Below are positions 11,075-19,955 of a DNA stretch of 64,000 nt, piece after piece. The stretch lies in the IMG/VR virus record IMGVR_UViG_3300045988_149282, positions 32,001-96,000 of that record; one strand, written 5' to 3'. Both the position numbers and the translations under genes were made by a program. Origin of the DNA: a virus. Taxonomy: Duplodnaviria > Heunggongvirae > Uroviricota > Caudoviricetes. The notes beneath the pieces were generated by a model, which was not told where the DNA came from, made no database searches, and saw only the letters and a program-made list of their open reading frames with translations. Within the stretch, counting starts at the first letter, position 1, and each line of letters begins with the position of its first letter.

Positions 11075-11326
11075 ATGAACGGCAGCCTGCTTTCAAAGGT
11101 CAAATCGACCATCATGACTTTGGCTGCCGTCTTCTCTGTGCTCGTTGGGGCGTACACCTGGGGTGGACGTGCTGCCCGGCGGGCCATGGAAGAAAAGGCG
11201 CAGAGAGAAACCAACAAACGGCTTCAAGGCACAGTGGATGTGAAAAATGAGACGATTAATGAAGTCAGGACTAAGGATGCTTCTGCCGTTCATCGCGAGC
11301 TTCGCGATAAGTGGATGCGTGATTAA
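11075..11326 (+). CDS. i-spanin-like (Rz-like) protein
   Basis: ATG 2 nt after upstream stop; N-terminal transmembrane helix followed by a charged coiled-coil-like segment. Confidence 0.5.
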   Translation: MNGSLLSKVKSTIMTLAAVFSVLVGAYTWGGRAARRAMEEKAQRETNKRLQGTVDVKNETINEVRTKDASAVHRELRDKWMRD

Positions 11327-11474
11327 ACCCCAGACCGTGGGCGTACAATTCTGCGATGGGGCTAACCCTATCTACATCAGCAAGGACGACGCCCTGACAG
11401 AAGAAACTGAGAGGGAAATCCTGATCCACAACACGCTGGGTGAGCGAATCTGTGATTGGGGGAAAGGTACATAA
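11247..11474 (+). CDS. o-spanin-like (Rz1-like) lipoprotein, overlapping the i-spanin gene in another frame
   Basis: Signal peptide with lipobox AISGC; starts inside and extends beyond the i-spanin frame (overlapped spanin architecture). Confidence 0.5.
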   Translation: MRRLMKSGLRMLLPFIASFAISGCVIKPQTVGVQFCDGANPIYISKDDALTEETEREILIHNTLGERICDWGKGT

Positions 11475-11486
11475 GGAACTGACGTA

Positions 11487-11525
11487 AGATGCGCTTGCGT
11501 TGATGTGAGGCGCATCTGTTTCTTC
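11487..11525 (+). terminator. Hairpin plus T-rich tract after lysis cassette
   Basis: AGATGCGC ... GCGCATCT stem followed by GTTTCTTCT. Confidence 0.45.
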
Positions 11526-11715
11526 TATCTGTAATCGAGTAAATGCCGTCATCCAAGTTCACCGAACTTGATTATTCTTCACCGAACTTCACTCAAGGTA
11601 ATCTTGAATCATCCTGCTTAATGATGTAGATTTAACCAACAGCTGACGATGTCGTCAGCCGTTAGACCTGAAAAGGTGCCGCAATGACACTTGTGTTAAC
11701 GGCTAAGGTGGATAT

Positions 11716-12135
11716 ATGCTAAATTATCATGACAATACGCGTTCTATGCAGACGATCCGCACCAATACTGCGGTTATCGACAGCTTTCCTATGCGTATTC
11801 ACAACAGTGAAGACGCAGTAGAAGTGCGACGTATGTTGTGCCGTGAATCAGCTAACCGCCAGCACTTCATCGTCACTTTTAAGAGCGATGTGGCGCGTGC
11901 CGAAAAGATCTCTAATTCTACGTCACTGGTTAAACCGTTGGCCGAGGTTGTCACTAACGGTAAACGAACCTCTTTTGTTTTAGATGTTGCTGAACAATAT
12001 CCTGACTTGAAGTGTTTAGATCGTGATATTTCTTCACGAATCAAACAAGTTGTAGAGTCTTTTATGAAGAAATTCTGTAAAATCGATGATATGGAACCAT
12101 CAACGGCACAGAATACTTCATGGCACCATCTCTAA
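11716..12135 (+). CDS. Hypothetical protein (139 aa)
   Basis: GGTGGA ribosome-binding site 6 nt before ATG; no recognisable motif. Confidence 0.6.
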   Translation: MLNYHDNTRSMQTIRTNTAVIDSFPMRIHNSEDAVEVRRMLCRESANRQHFIVTFKSDVARAEKISNSTSLVKPLAEVVTNGKRTSFVLDVAEQYPDLKCLDRDISSRIKQVVESFMKKFCKIDDMEPSTAQNTSWHHL

Positions 12136-12893
12136 TTGGTCAGGCGAACAGATTAATCCCTGAAATAGAAGACTACAGCAAGGTCTTGTCTGAAATGCCG
12201 AGAGCGACGAGAATTATCGCTCTCGGTGAGTTCTATTTTATCTCCCGAGGTTTCGATCTAATTCGATTTACCGAATACGAGCTTGTTGATTCGGCCTATG
12301 AACGCTGTATTGTTGGCGAGTGTCTTGAGTCATGTGATCCTGATTACCAAGAGCAGGAAGTTAAGCGACTCAAACGTGCTGGTTACACACCTCTTGAGAT
12401 AGGAGCAGAAATTGAATCCTACAAGTTGCATGTGGGGCAGCCAGTCCAAACAGTCTTCCGCGTGGCCTACTGCGAGTTTCCAATCAAGGATAAATCTGGA
12501 GTAAAAGTCAGCGCCAAGCAGATTAGAGGGGTTTTTACTCATGCTGATTATATGGGATTAGGCATCGCAAGTTTTGCTTACCTTTATCTCGTAGATAAGT
12601 ATCAGTACTTGGTTTGCGATACGTTACAGACGGTAAAAGGCGCAACTCTTTGGGCTGTGAGTATGCGCAAACATGGACTGGTCGAAATTTACGATACGAA
12701 GAACGAAAATTTTATAGAGGAATTGGGTGAGGATGCCTGTGGCGTAAGTGGTTTTATTCCGTGGGATATCGGTAAGTCTGACGGAGGCCAGATGCGAAGA
12801 CGTGAAGAGTGGGGGACTAATAAAATCAATCTCACCCCAGGTGCTTGTACTCATATAGTGAACATTCTGAGTAAACGATCTATGAATCAATAA
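12120..12893 (+). CDS. Hypothetical protein, possible GNAT-like acetyltransferase fold in C-terminal half
   Basis: Overlaps upstream gene by 16 nt (operon-like). Segment DYMGLGIASFAYLYLV...ATLWAVSMRKHG resembles GNAT motif A/B by eye only. Start uncertain (alternative ATG 12195). Confidence 0.5.
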   Translation: MAPSLIGQANRLIPEIEDYSKVLSEMPRATRIIALGEFYFISRGFDLIRFTEYELVDSAYERCIVGECLESCDPDYQEQEVKRLKRAGYTPLEIGAEIESYKLHVGQPVQTVFRVAYCEFPIKDKSGVKVSAKQIRGVFTHADYMGLGIASFAYLYLVDKYQYLVCDTLQTVKGATLWAVSMRKHGLVEIYDTKNENFIEELGEDACGVSGFIPWDIGKSDGGQMRRREEWGTNKINLTPGACTHIVNILSKRSMNQ

Positions 12894-12915
12894 ACCCGCT
12901 ACGGCGGGTTTTTTG
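12893..12915 (+). terminator. Rho-independent terminator
   Basis: CCCGC-tacg-GCGGG hairpin followed by TTTTTT. Confidence 0.7.
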
Positions 12916-12993
12916 TTATTAAGCCCACCTATGTACCTATCATTAAACCTTTACACCGCAGCCGTAGGCATTTAGGCTATATCACATATAAGA

Positions 12994-13006
12994 AAACAAG
13001 TTGTTT
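12994..13006. promoter_or_regulatory. AAACAA-N-TTGTTT palindromic site upstream of parA-like gene
   Basis: Perfect 6+1+6 palindrome; same motif recurs upstream of at least five other genes. Confidence 0.45.
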
Positions 13007-13041
13007 CAGACGATAATTATATACGCAAAGGGAACTCTCCA

Positions 13042-13710
13042 ATGACCAAGATCTTTGTGGTTGGCGGCACAAAGGGCGGGCCTGGCAAATCCACCGTTGC
13101 CCAGCAAATTGCCGTTTGCCTGAAAGTCAAAAAGAAGAAGAAGGTTTATATTACCGATATAGATATTCAGCGCACGACAACGAGCTGGTGTGAAGACCGT
13201 CGACAGAACGAAGACCTTGAGCTGATTCCTTTTGCATACGTTCAGGATGACATCATTAAGCACCTAAAATCGCTTCAGGGTAGAGCTGAGTTTGTAGTGG
13301 TAGATGCTGGTGGCTTCGACTCCGAAATTCAGCGACAAGCGATGCTGATGGCTGACGTTATCATTATCCCGCTGCGTCCTAAGCGTCGTGATTTGAAATC
13401 TTTACGTGACATCGATCCTATTATCGACAATGTTCGCAATGTAAACGATAAAGTGAAGGTCCGCGCGGTCATGAACCAGTGCCCGGCTTTGCCATCACAA
13501 GTGTCTCGCATTCTGGCGGCTAAAGAGATTGTTGAGACGTTTGGCATCGAGTCTGCGCCAGTCAATCTATATAACCGCAACGTCTATGATGATGCGGAAG
13601 AGTCTGGTCGCTCTATCTTTGAAATGACCGGTAGCGAGCGCGACAAAAAGGCGGAAGCCGAGTTTGAAGAATTTGTAGATTATCTGTTGAGTCTGGAGGA
13701 AGAAGAATAA
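13042..13710 (+). CDS. parA: ParA/ParF-type partition ATPase
   Basis: Deviant Walker A GGTKGGPGKST at N-terminus; 222 aa, small ParA class without N-terminal helix-turn-helix. Confidence 0.85.
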   Translation: MTKIFVVGGTKGGPGKSTVAQQIAVCLKVKKKKKVYITDIDIQRTTTSWCEDRRQNEDLELIPFAYVQDDIIKHLKSLQGRAEFVVVDAGGFDSEIQRQAMLMADVIIIPLRPKRRDLKSLRDIDPIIDNVRNVNDKVKVRAVMNQCPALPSQVSRILAAKEIVETFGIESAPVNLYNRNVYDDAEESGRSIFEMTGSERDKKAEAEFEEFVDYLLSLEEEE

Positions 13711-14069
13711 TGTCCATGAAAATGGGTGACCTAGCAAAGCGCAAAGAGCCTGATGCACCGGCTAAGAACACAACTCCTTTGCGCCAACCAGTCAGACCAC
13801 AGGGACGCCCGACTCGTGGCAAAGAGAAAATTAAAAGCCGCACAATGTCACTGGAGGACGAATACTTCGAACTGCTGGAGATGATGAAGTTCATCCCTCG
13901 CTTCGAGAAGTTCACTCGTTCTGACGTGATTCGAGCAGCCATTTTCCATCTGGCAGAGAAGTCACCGCAGGAAATCGAGGACATCGTGAAATTGAATGAG
14001 GCGATCACCGCTGCCGATGTCACGATGCGTACCGATGAAATCAAACGAGAGTTGATGAAGAAAGGTTAA
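13710..14069 (+). CDS. Partition centromere-binding protein, ribbon-helix-helix (ParG-like)
   Basis: Start overlaps parA stop (TAATG); basic disordered N-terminus followed by a ribbon-helix-helix-like segment. Confidence 0.55.
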   Translation: MSMKMGDLAKRKEPDAPAKNTTPLRQPVRPQGRPTRGKEKIKSRTMSLEDEYFELLEMMKFIPRFEKFTRSDVIRAAIFHLAEKSPQEIEDIVKLNEAITAADVTMRTDEIKRELMKKG

Positions 14070-14074
14070 AAATC

Positions 14075-14105
14075 ATGCATTGGCGCGTACATTGCGCCAA
14101 TGCAT
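14075..14105. repeat. Perfect 12-bp inverted repeat ATGCATTGGCGC-N7-GCGCCAATGCAT between convergent genes
   Basis: Read directly; either a bidirectional terminator or a protein-binding site such as a partition centromere. Confidence 0.5.
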
Positions 14106-14121
14106 AACTACAGTGTCAGCT

Positions 14122-14889
14122 TTATGCCGCGCTAACACTATGTTCAGTCCTAACCACCCCAACCTTCACAAAAGGGCTACCGTAGCTTGGTGGCTTCTTG
14201 ATTAATTTGCCTACATACAGTTTTCTAATATGCTCATCGGCTATTCTGCCAACAAATTCATAACGTTTTGTGTCGGGGCCAAGAGCTATATCCCTTGTAA
14301 AGTACTGCTGAGAACCGGCTTTGACCCAGCATTCAATCTGATAAACTTCCATTATCAGCCCACCATATGTAGCGTAGGCATATTTGAGATTCTCGTCTCT
14401 TGGAACCTTTGCCCATACGCCACGCGTAGCTTCATATAATGCCAGAGCGGACATTCCTGACTTGTAGGTGCTGTTTAGCAGGAAGGCAAGACCGGCGTGC
14501 TCAGGAGCAATTTCAGTTTCCTCTTGCAGCACTAAGTGATGGTAGGCGTCCAGTGATATTCTGCCCATCATGGAACCACTTCCTCGTACCTTATTCGTAA
14601 GCTCTCCGACCCCCATAAGGTCGATGCATGTCGCCTCAACAAGTTTGGCTGTGGTTTCATCCATACCATGACGAAGTATATCTATGCCTAATTTTTTATT
14701 AGCCAAAAGTTCTTTGATCCGCATGGATTTGGGAGAGTCATCGGGATACTTGATGTGATCGAGACAACGAGTCGATTTGCCTTTTCCTATGTAAAACGGT
14801 CTTTTCATCTTGTCTTCTGTATCATAGAGACAGTAAACATAGTATTTAGCCTTATCCAATGATCTCGCGTATACCGATAAATCGTCCAT
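14122..14889 (-). CDS. GIY-YIG-like nuclease domain protein (homing-endonuclease-like or defence-type nuclease)
   Basis: N-terminal YVYCLYD...PFYIGKGKSTR matches the GIY-(10)-YIG-R signature; about 160 aa C-terminal domain of unknown type; antisense to flanking operons. Confidence 0.55.
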   Translation of the reverse strand: MDDLSVYARSLDKAKYYVYCLYDTEDKMKRPFYIGKGKSTRCLDHIKYPDDSPKSMRIKELLANKKLGIDILRHGMDETTAKLVEATCIDLMGVGELTNKVRGSGSMMGRISLDAYHHLVLQEETEIAPEHAGLAFLLNSTYKSGMSALALYEATRGVWAKVPRDENLKYAYATYGGLIMEVYQIECWVKAGSQQYFTRDIALGPDTKRYEFVGRIADEHIRKLYVGKLIKKPPSYGSPFVKVGVVRTEHSVSAA

Positions 14890-15000
14890 TATTGCATCTC
14901 TTTGCTACTGACTAATGCGTTCTATTTTACACATAAGTTTTTAATCAATTTAACAGGCTCAAAGTGTAGAGCTTCTGGGCGTCTAAGACGACAAGTTATG

Positions 15001-15055
15001 CCTGCTTCTGTATATATAAATAATAAGTAACTTATTAAATATATACGGAAGCAGG
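15001..15055. repeat. 55-bp composite palindromic element, copy 1 (CCTGCTTCTGTATATAT ... ATATATACGGAAGCAGG)
   Basis: About 17-bp arms around an AT-rich centre containing ATAAGTAACTTAT; a near-identical copy lies at about 60132-60188. Confidence 0.6.
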
Positions 15056-15171
15056 TCTTTTAAAAGACACCACCAGAACAACTCCCTTCCGTTTCCACTT
15101 CCAAAAACTGCCACCAGTCGCTATCATCCGCTCATTGTGATAAGTAAGTAACTACCTACCAGGTGAGCCAC

Positions 15172-15912
15172 ATGAGCCAAATCTTTTTCGATACCATCGA
15201 CAACGACCAGTACGACTTCATGACAGAGTGGAATACCGCTGTTATGGACAAGTGGGTCGCTGAAAACATTGGTTTGTCGCGCTGTAAAGACGAGGCTGAA
15301 CTCTTCGAGACGAAGTGGTTTGATTACCGCGACATGCATCCTCTCATGGCCACCTGTCTTTTTACGGAGGCATACAAACGTCAGTACTCAAATATCATGC
15401 TGACGCACGGTCGCGAACACTTTGAAACAGCTCCGTTCACCACCGGGTTAAAACGCCTGCCTTATCAGGAGTTGTCGACTGCCAATAAAACGTCGCTATG
15501 GAAAGCACGCCAGTTTGCGGATCGCTATTGCTGCTCATACGACTACTTTATCTCCACCGTTCTTTCCGCAGCTGCACGACGGCTGTGGGACAAGCTGCCG
15601 CGCCCACAGCATTTATGGCAGCCAGAACTGATTGAGATATTTGAAGAGAAATTAGCCAGACGCGCAACAACCCGTCTGGATGACTCTCTGGTTAGCTTTA
15701 AGCATATGGGAGACATGCAGTTCAACCCGATTCAGGAAAGCTATTTTGAGTGGATTCTGGAGCGTTTGCGCACCATCCCTCGCAGCAAGCGCATACGCGC
15801 AATTTTCTCCGCTATCTGGCTAATGGAAATCGTTCCAGAGCGCCTTATTTCCGCCCACTTTCCAGAAGAACTGGAAGAAGCACGGCGGTTTATTGATCCC
15901 CTATCTAATTAA
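15172..15912 (+). CDS. Hypothetical protein
   Basis: AGGTGA ribosome-binding site then ATG 15172 (ORF track opens at GTG 15163); no motif recognised; upstream of helicase. Confidence 0.55.
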   Translation: MSQIFFDTIDNDQYDFMTEWNTAVMDKWVAENIGLSRCKDEAELFETKWFDYRDMHPLMATCLFTEAYKRQYSNIMLTHGREHFETAPFTTGLKRLPYQELSTANKTSLWKARQFADRYCCSYDYFISTVLSAAARRLWDKLPRPQHLWQPELIEIFEEKLARRATTRLDDSLVSFKHMGDMQFNPIQESYFEWILERLRTIPRSKRIRAIFSAIWLMEIVPERLISAHFPEELEEARRFIDPLSN

Positions 15913-15923
15913 CTAATACTAGA

Positions 15924-15936
15924 AAACAATTTGTTT
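15924..15936. promoter_or_regulatory. AAACAA-T-TTGTTT palindromic site upstream of helicase gene
   Basis: Perfect palindrome 20 nt upstream of the conserved AAAGGAAAGCAC-ATG leader. Confidence 0.45.
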
Positions 15937-15955
15937 AAAAAACAAAGGAAAGCAC

Positions 15956-17296
15956 ATGACCGAACTTTGCCATACAGGACGCGGGCTGTCCGAAGAGTTT
16001 GATGAAGATTTCCAGAACAGACTGACGGCATATTTTTGTCGTGATCACGAGTTTCTTACTCGTGCGGGAGATCTGGTTGTGCCTAGCCAGTTTGCCAATG
16101 CGGCCAATGCCATATTGGTTAATATGGTTTCGGGCTATTACCGTATGTACAAGAGCGCGCCCTCTTCATCTGCAATTCTGGATATGCTTAAGCGTGCGAA
16201 ACGCGATAAGACTATCCGTGAGGAACTATTCGCCGATGTTGTTGCTGCGTTTAAGCGCATTCTTGCAGAAAAATTGTCCGATACCTCGTACATGGTTGAC
16301 CAGGTATCAACCTTCGCAAAAAGTGTAGCGTTTGATGATGCTCTGATTAAGGCTGCTGAACTGAAAGAGAAAGGCGACTTTCAGGGGGCGATGGCAATCA
16401 TGGCCAAGGTTCAGCAGATTGGATCGAACGAAGCGACCGGAATCTATGACTACTACACCTCCGCAAGTGAGCGATTGAAAGCGCGTGAATATGAGGCTTC
16501 AGAGGAGTATGTACCAAACAGTATTACAACTGGACTCCCTCTTCTCGATAGGTTGCTGTACCAAAAAGGCTGGGCAAAGCGCGAAATGGTGCTCTTCATG
16601 GGGTTCGCTAAATCCGGTAAATCGACCGCAATGGGTGAGTTTTCCATAAACGCAACGCTTGCTGGCTACAATGTTCTGTATCTCTCGCTGGAGGTTCACA
16701 CCACCATTTTATCCGACCGTTTTGATGCAAGATTGTCGGAGACAGAAATGTCCAAGCTGGTGGAACGGCGCGATGAGGTTCATCGTAAGTTGGCAGAGTT
16801 GGGAGCCACGAAGGGGATTGGTAGTTTGTGGGTGGTTGAGCGTCCGTCAGGAAGTATGTCACCGGCAGATCTGGACCGTATGCTTAACAGCATGAAAGCC
16901 AACGGCATGGTGCCTGACATGGTTGTTGTCGACTACGCAGATTTGATGCGTGCCAGTTATGACCTTCGTGATGATCGCGCCAACATTCGTAGCATCTACA
17001 CCGATTTACGTGCTCTTTATGACAAGCATAACGTTGCTGGGATCACGGCATCGCAGACAAACCGTGAAGGTGGCGCGTCAGAAGTTGCCACAATGATGCA
17101 CGCTGCCGACAACATCGAAAAAGTACGTATTGCTGACCTGGTAATAACGATCAACAAAACCGAAGAAGAAGAAGCGAAAGGAGAGGCTCGTCTCTACTTT
17201 GCCGGTTCACGTAACCAGCAGGGAGGGATCAGCATTCGCGTTAAACAAAACCTCGAACAAATGCGCTTCATTGAGCGAATCTTAGACGTTACCTAA
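15956..17296 (+). CDS. DnaB-like replicative DNA helicase
   Basis: Walker A GFAKSGKST and Walker B-like VVVDYADL in a RecA-fold C-terminal domain. Confidence 0.8.
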   Translation: MTELCHTGRGLSEEFDEDFQNRLTAYFCRDHEFLTRAGDLVVPSQFANAANAILVNMVSGYYRMYKSAPSSSAILDMLKRAKRDKTIREELFADVVAAFKRILAEKLSDTSYMVDQVSTFAKSVAFDDALIKAAELKEKGDFQGAMAIMAKVQQIGSNEATGIYDYYTSASERLKAREYEASEEYVPNSITTGLPLLDRLLYQKGWAKREMVLFMGFAKSGKSTAMGEFSINATLAGYNVLYLSLEVHTTILSDRFDARLSETEMSKLVERRDEVHRKLAELGATKGIGSLWVVERPSGSMSPADLDRMLNSMKANGMVPDMVVVDYADLMRASYDLRDDRANIRSIYTDLRALYDKHNVAGITASQTNREGGASEVATMMHAADNIEKVRIADLVITINKTEEEEAKGEARLYFAGSRNQQGGISIRVKQNLEQMRFIERILDVT

Positions 17297-17302
17297 AAAA
17301 TA

Positions 17303-17325
17303 AGCGTGGAGAACACCTCCACGCT
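17303..17325 (+). terminator. Hairpin after helicase gene
   Basis: AGCGTGGAG-aacac-CTCCACGCT; weak U-tract. Confidence 0.4.
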
Positions 17326-17443
17326 TGATTCATTGGTGAAACAACTTTTCTTTTGCCAAACCACAAAAGAAAAACACATGAACCTTTATATTATATCAAC
17401 ATTTAGGTTGGTCACAATATTGCCTGTTAAAAGTGGAATTATC

Positions 17444-18559
17444 GTGAGCGAGCTGAAAGAGCTAATTACCGAATTAGATTTTGAACAATGGTTGGATACT
17501 GAAGGTATCGTTTATCGACGTGGAGGCGTGAGTACTCGCGGTCGTGAAGTGAATATCAAGGAGTGTCCGGTATGCGGCAGCTCCAACTGGAAGGTATATT
17601 TCAATCTGACCAGTGGCGTCGGTAAATGCTTCGCTGGTGATCATCCCGAAGAGATTCAGTTCAATAAGCTGGTCTTCCTCAAGCACTACAGCGGCAAATC
17701 ACGACGACAGTTCGAGGAATATGTGCAGAACGCCCTTCTTTCCCAGGGGTGGGCACCAAAGAAAGAAGAGCTAGTGCTTGCAAGCACAGTCGAGTTAGAG
17801 GAGCCAGTTGCACTCCCTCGTCATTACGAGCTTCCTATAGATGGCCGTCTTCCAGACTATCTGGTTGAACGAAACATATCGCCTGAAATGGCAAAGTATT
17901 TTGACCTACGATACTGCGTCGAAGGCAAGCACGCCTATGTAGATCCGTATACAGATCAGGTTAAAGGACAGATATTCGATATGCGAATACTGATACCGGT
18001 TTACGATCTGGATGGGGTAATGAAGACATTTCAGGGACGAGACATTACCGGTACAGCAGAACGCCGCTACCTCTTTCCTATGCAACTTCCAGCTTCAGGT
18101 AAGTTTCTCTACAACGGCCATAATGCAGTCGGCAAACAGACTGTAGTTGTCTGTGAGGGGGCGTTCGATGTTATGGGGGTTAAACGAGCTATTTTTGACG
18201 AAGAAACATTACGTGATTACGTGGAACCAATAGGAACGTTCGGGATGCATCTATCTGGTAACACCACTCAGGATGCAGAAGATCAGTTAGGCGCGTTCCT
18301 GACGCTCAAGGCGCGTGGGTTACGTAATGTGATCATGATGTGGGATAGTGAAAAGCAAGCTATACGCAACACGATGGCCGCAGCCAGGCGACTGACCAGT
18401 ATTGGTCTTAATGTCAAAGTGGCGTGTTTGGGCGAGGAAGGACTCGACCCGGGCGATGCAACGCCAGAGCAAATCATCAAAGCCTATTATCGGGCAAAAC
18501 CGTATACCAAACAGTTGGAGTTGCAAAGCAAGGTTTTGGGCATTAAGGCTCTATCATAA
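17444..18559 (+). CDS. DNA primase (zinc-ribbon plus TOPRIM-like)
   Basis: CPVCGSS...KCFAGDH zinc-binding motif and VVVCEGAFDVMG acidic core. Start uncertain: GTG 17444 with GTGGA ribosome-binding site is preferred; ATG 17378 possible; ORF-track start 17306 lies inside the upstream hairpin. Confidence 0.7.
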   Translation: MSELKELITELDFEQWLDTEGIVYRRGGVSTRGREVNIKECPVCGSSNWKVYFNLTSGVGKCFAGDHPEEIQFNKLVFLKHYSGKSRRQFEEYVQNALLSQGWAPKKEELVLASTVELEEPVALPRHYELPIDGRLPDYLVERNISPEMAKYFDLRYCVEGKHAYVDPYTDQVKGQIFDMRILIPVYDLDGVMKTFQGRDITGTAERRYLFPMQLPASGKFLYNGHNAVGKQTVVVCEGAFDVMGVKRAIFDEETLRDYVEPIGTFGMHLSGNTTQDAEDQLGAFLTLKARGLRNVIMMWDSEKQAIRNTMAAARRLTSIGLNVKVACLGEEGLDPGDATPEQIIKAYYRAKPYTKQLELQSKVLGIKALS

Positions 18560-18634
18560 CAATCACCTTTAAAATAAGTAGATGATTACTTATCTTTCTG
18601 TGAGAATACTTTCATCTGTTAGCTAGGAGTTGGT

Positions 18635-19417
18635 ATGAAAGACGAAATTCAGAAATTAGCCTGCGACATCATTGATAAAACTGGTTTAGAAATCAGCGAG
18701 AGCAATCGGCTAGACATCATTGAAAAAGCCGTAAAAACAGCAATGGATCATATCGCCACTCGTTTGGTCGAGATCCCGCTACCGGGGCTACCTTATCTGA
18801 AGGTTAAGTTACACGTATGGGGTGAACCTTCTTGTGCACGGCGTTCTGCATTAGTTGTTTTTATTAGCAAAGAAAACCCGATCAGTCTTAAAGTGCAGGT
18901 TGGGGCATGGATGGATGGCAAAGTGATCTACACAAATACCGTTTTTTGTGCGTCAAATGACAGTATTATTGAAGAGGCTATTCAAGAATCACTTCTAACT
19001 ATGCATAGCTTATTTTTGCTGGAAGACAAGCAAAACTACGAAGAGTACTTACGGTCGATAAAAGGTGAGAGAACATTGTCACTTAAAGCCGATTTCGTTA
19101 CCCCGACAAACCTGTTGGAAGTCTTGCTTAATAAAGGGGCTAATGATGCCGTAAATGTAATCAGAGAGAGTGAGTATGCGTCTCTTTGCGACATGTGCAA
19201 AAGCCAGTTGGATCTGGTGCATATCGTTATTGATGCTGGGAAGGCATGTGATGGCGTAATGGCGGAGTTTGCTGGGAAGATGGTCAGGATTGCTAACGAA
19301 TTACCGATGATAGAGCAAGAGGCTAAATCATACGCCACCAATCATGTCACAGAGCTTCTTGTCCCCTATCGCTTAGAAAGCGATCAGCGCAAGATGATTA
19401 GCTGGGGAAGTTGGTAA
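18635..19417 (+). CDS. Hypothetical protein (260 aa)
   Basis: AGGAG ribosome-binding site; no motif recognised. Confidence 0.6.
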   Translation: MKDEIQKLACDIIDKTGLEISESNRLDIIEKAVKTAMDHIATRLVEIPLPGLPYLKVKLHVWGEPSCARRSALVVFISKENPISLKVQVGAWMDGKVIYTNTVFCASNDSIIEEAIQESLLTMHSLFLLEDKQNYEEYLRSIKGERTLSLKADFVTPTNLLEVLLNKGANDAVNVIRESEYASLCDMCKSQLDLVHIVIDAGKACDGVMAEFAGKMVRIANELPMIEQEAKSYATNHVTELLVPYRLESDQRKMISWGSW

Positions 19418-19472
19418 TCTCTCCGCGCGTCGTTTTTTACGCAAATAACGATAGGTAAGTACAAGATTATTT

Positions 19473-19955
19473 ATGGCGGTAGTTGTGAAAGCTGATTTGT
19501 CAAAAATCCCCTCTATTTCAGGAAATAATGGTTATTCACTTCGTTGTGAGGAAGTAAAGATAAACGGTGAGTCGGCATATTGCAGCTACTCCGTTTGCCA
19601 GCACACCATTCTTGCCTTCAAAGAAAACCGTCTTCCTCGAACTTCATTCCAGTCGTGCGCAACCGCTATCAAAGCAGGCAAATGCAAGGCGTTAAAAATG
19701 ATGGTTGAAGAGATTCGTAAAGGAGAATCTCTGTATTTCGAAGATATGACCGCGCTCATTAAGGAGGTTGAAGAACGGAATAAACAAGCCAGAACTTTAA
19801 AACGAAAACGTGACAGTGTAACGATTAATAGCATGGTTAAGAAGAGCGCCACATCACAAACAGCGATCACTGACGTGTATGCGGCGTTGCTTGAAGAAAC
19901 AACAAAAGAAACACATGAGCAAATCGATCAACATATGGAGGCAAAACAACAATGA
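19473..19955 (+). CDS. Hypothetical Cys-rich protein (160 aa)
   Basis: ORF with weak ribosome-binding site; several Cys residues; basic C-terminal half. Confidence 0.45.
   Translation: MAVVVKADLSKIPSISGNNGYSLRCEEVKINGESAYCSYSVCQHTILAFKENRLPRTSFQSCATAIKAGKCKALKMMVEEIRKGESLYFEDMTALIKEVEERNKQARTLKRKRDSVTINSMVKKSATSQTAITDVYAALLEETTKETHEQIDQHMEAKQQ

Noticed and set aside
16041-16895. Internal ORFs within the helicase gene (16041-16328, 16453-16647 (-), 16608-16862 (-), 16659-16895)
   Set aside because: Embedded in a gene with clear Walker motifs; no independent support.
17306-17443. N-terminal extension of the primase ORF from 17306
   Set aside because: The extension runs through the helicase terminator hairpin and AT-rich promoter-like DNA; GTG 17444 has a proper ribosome-binding site.
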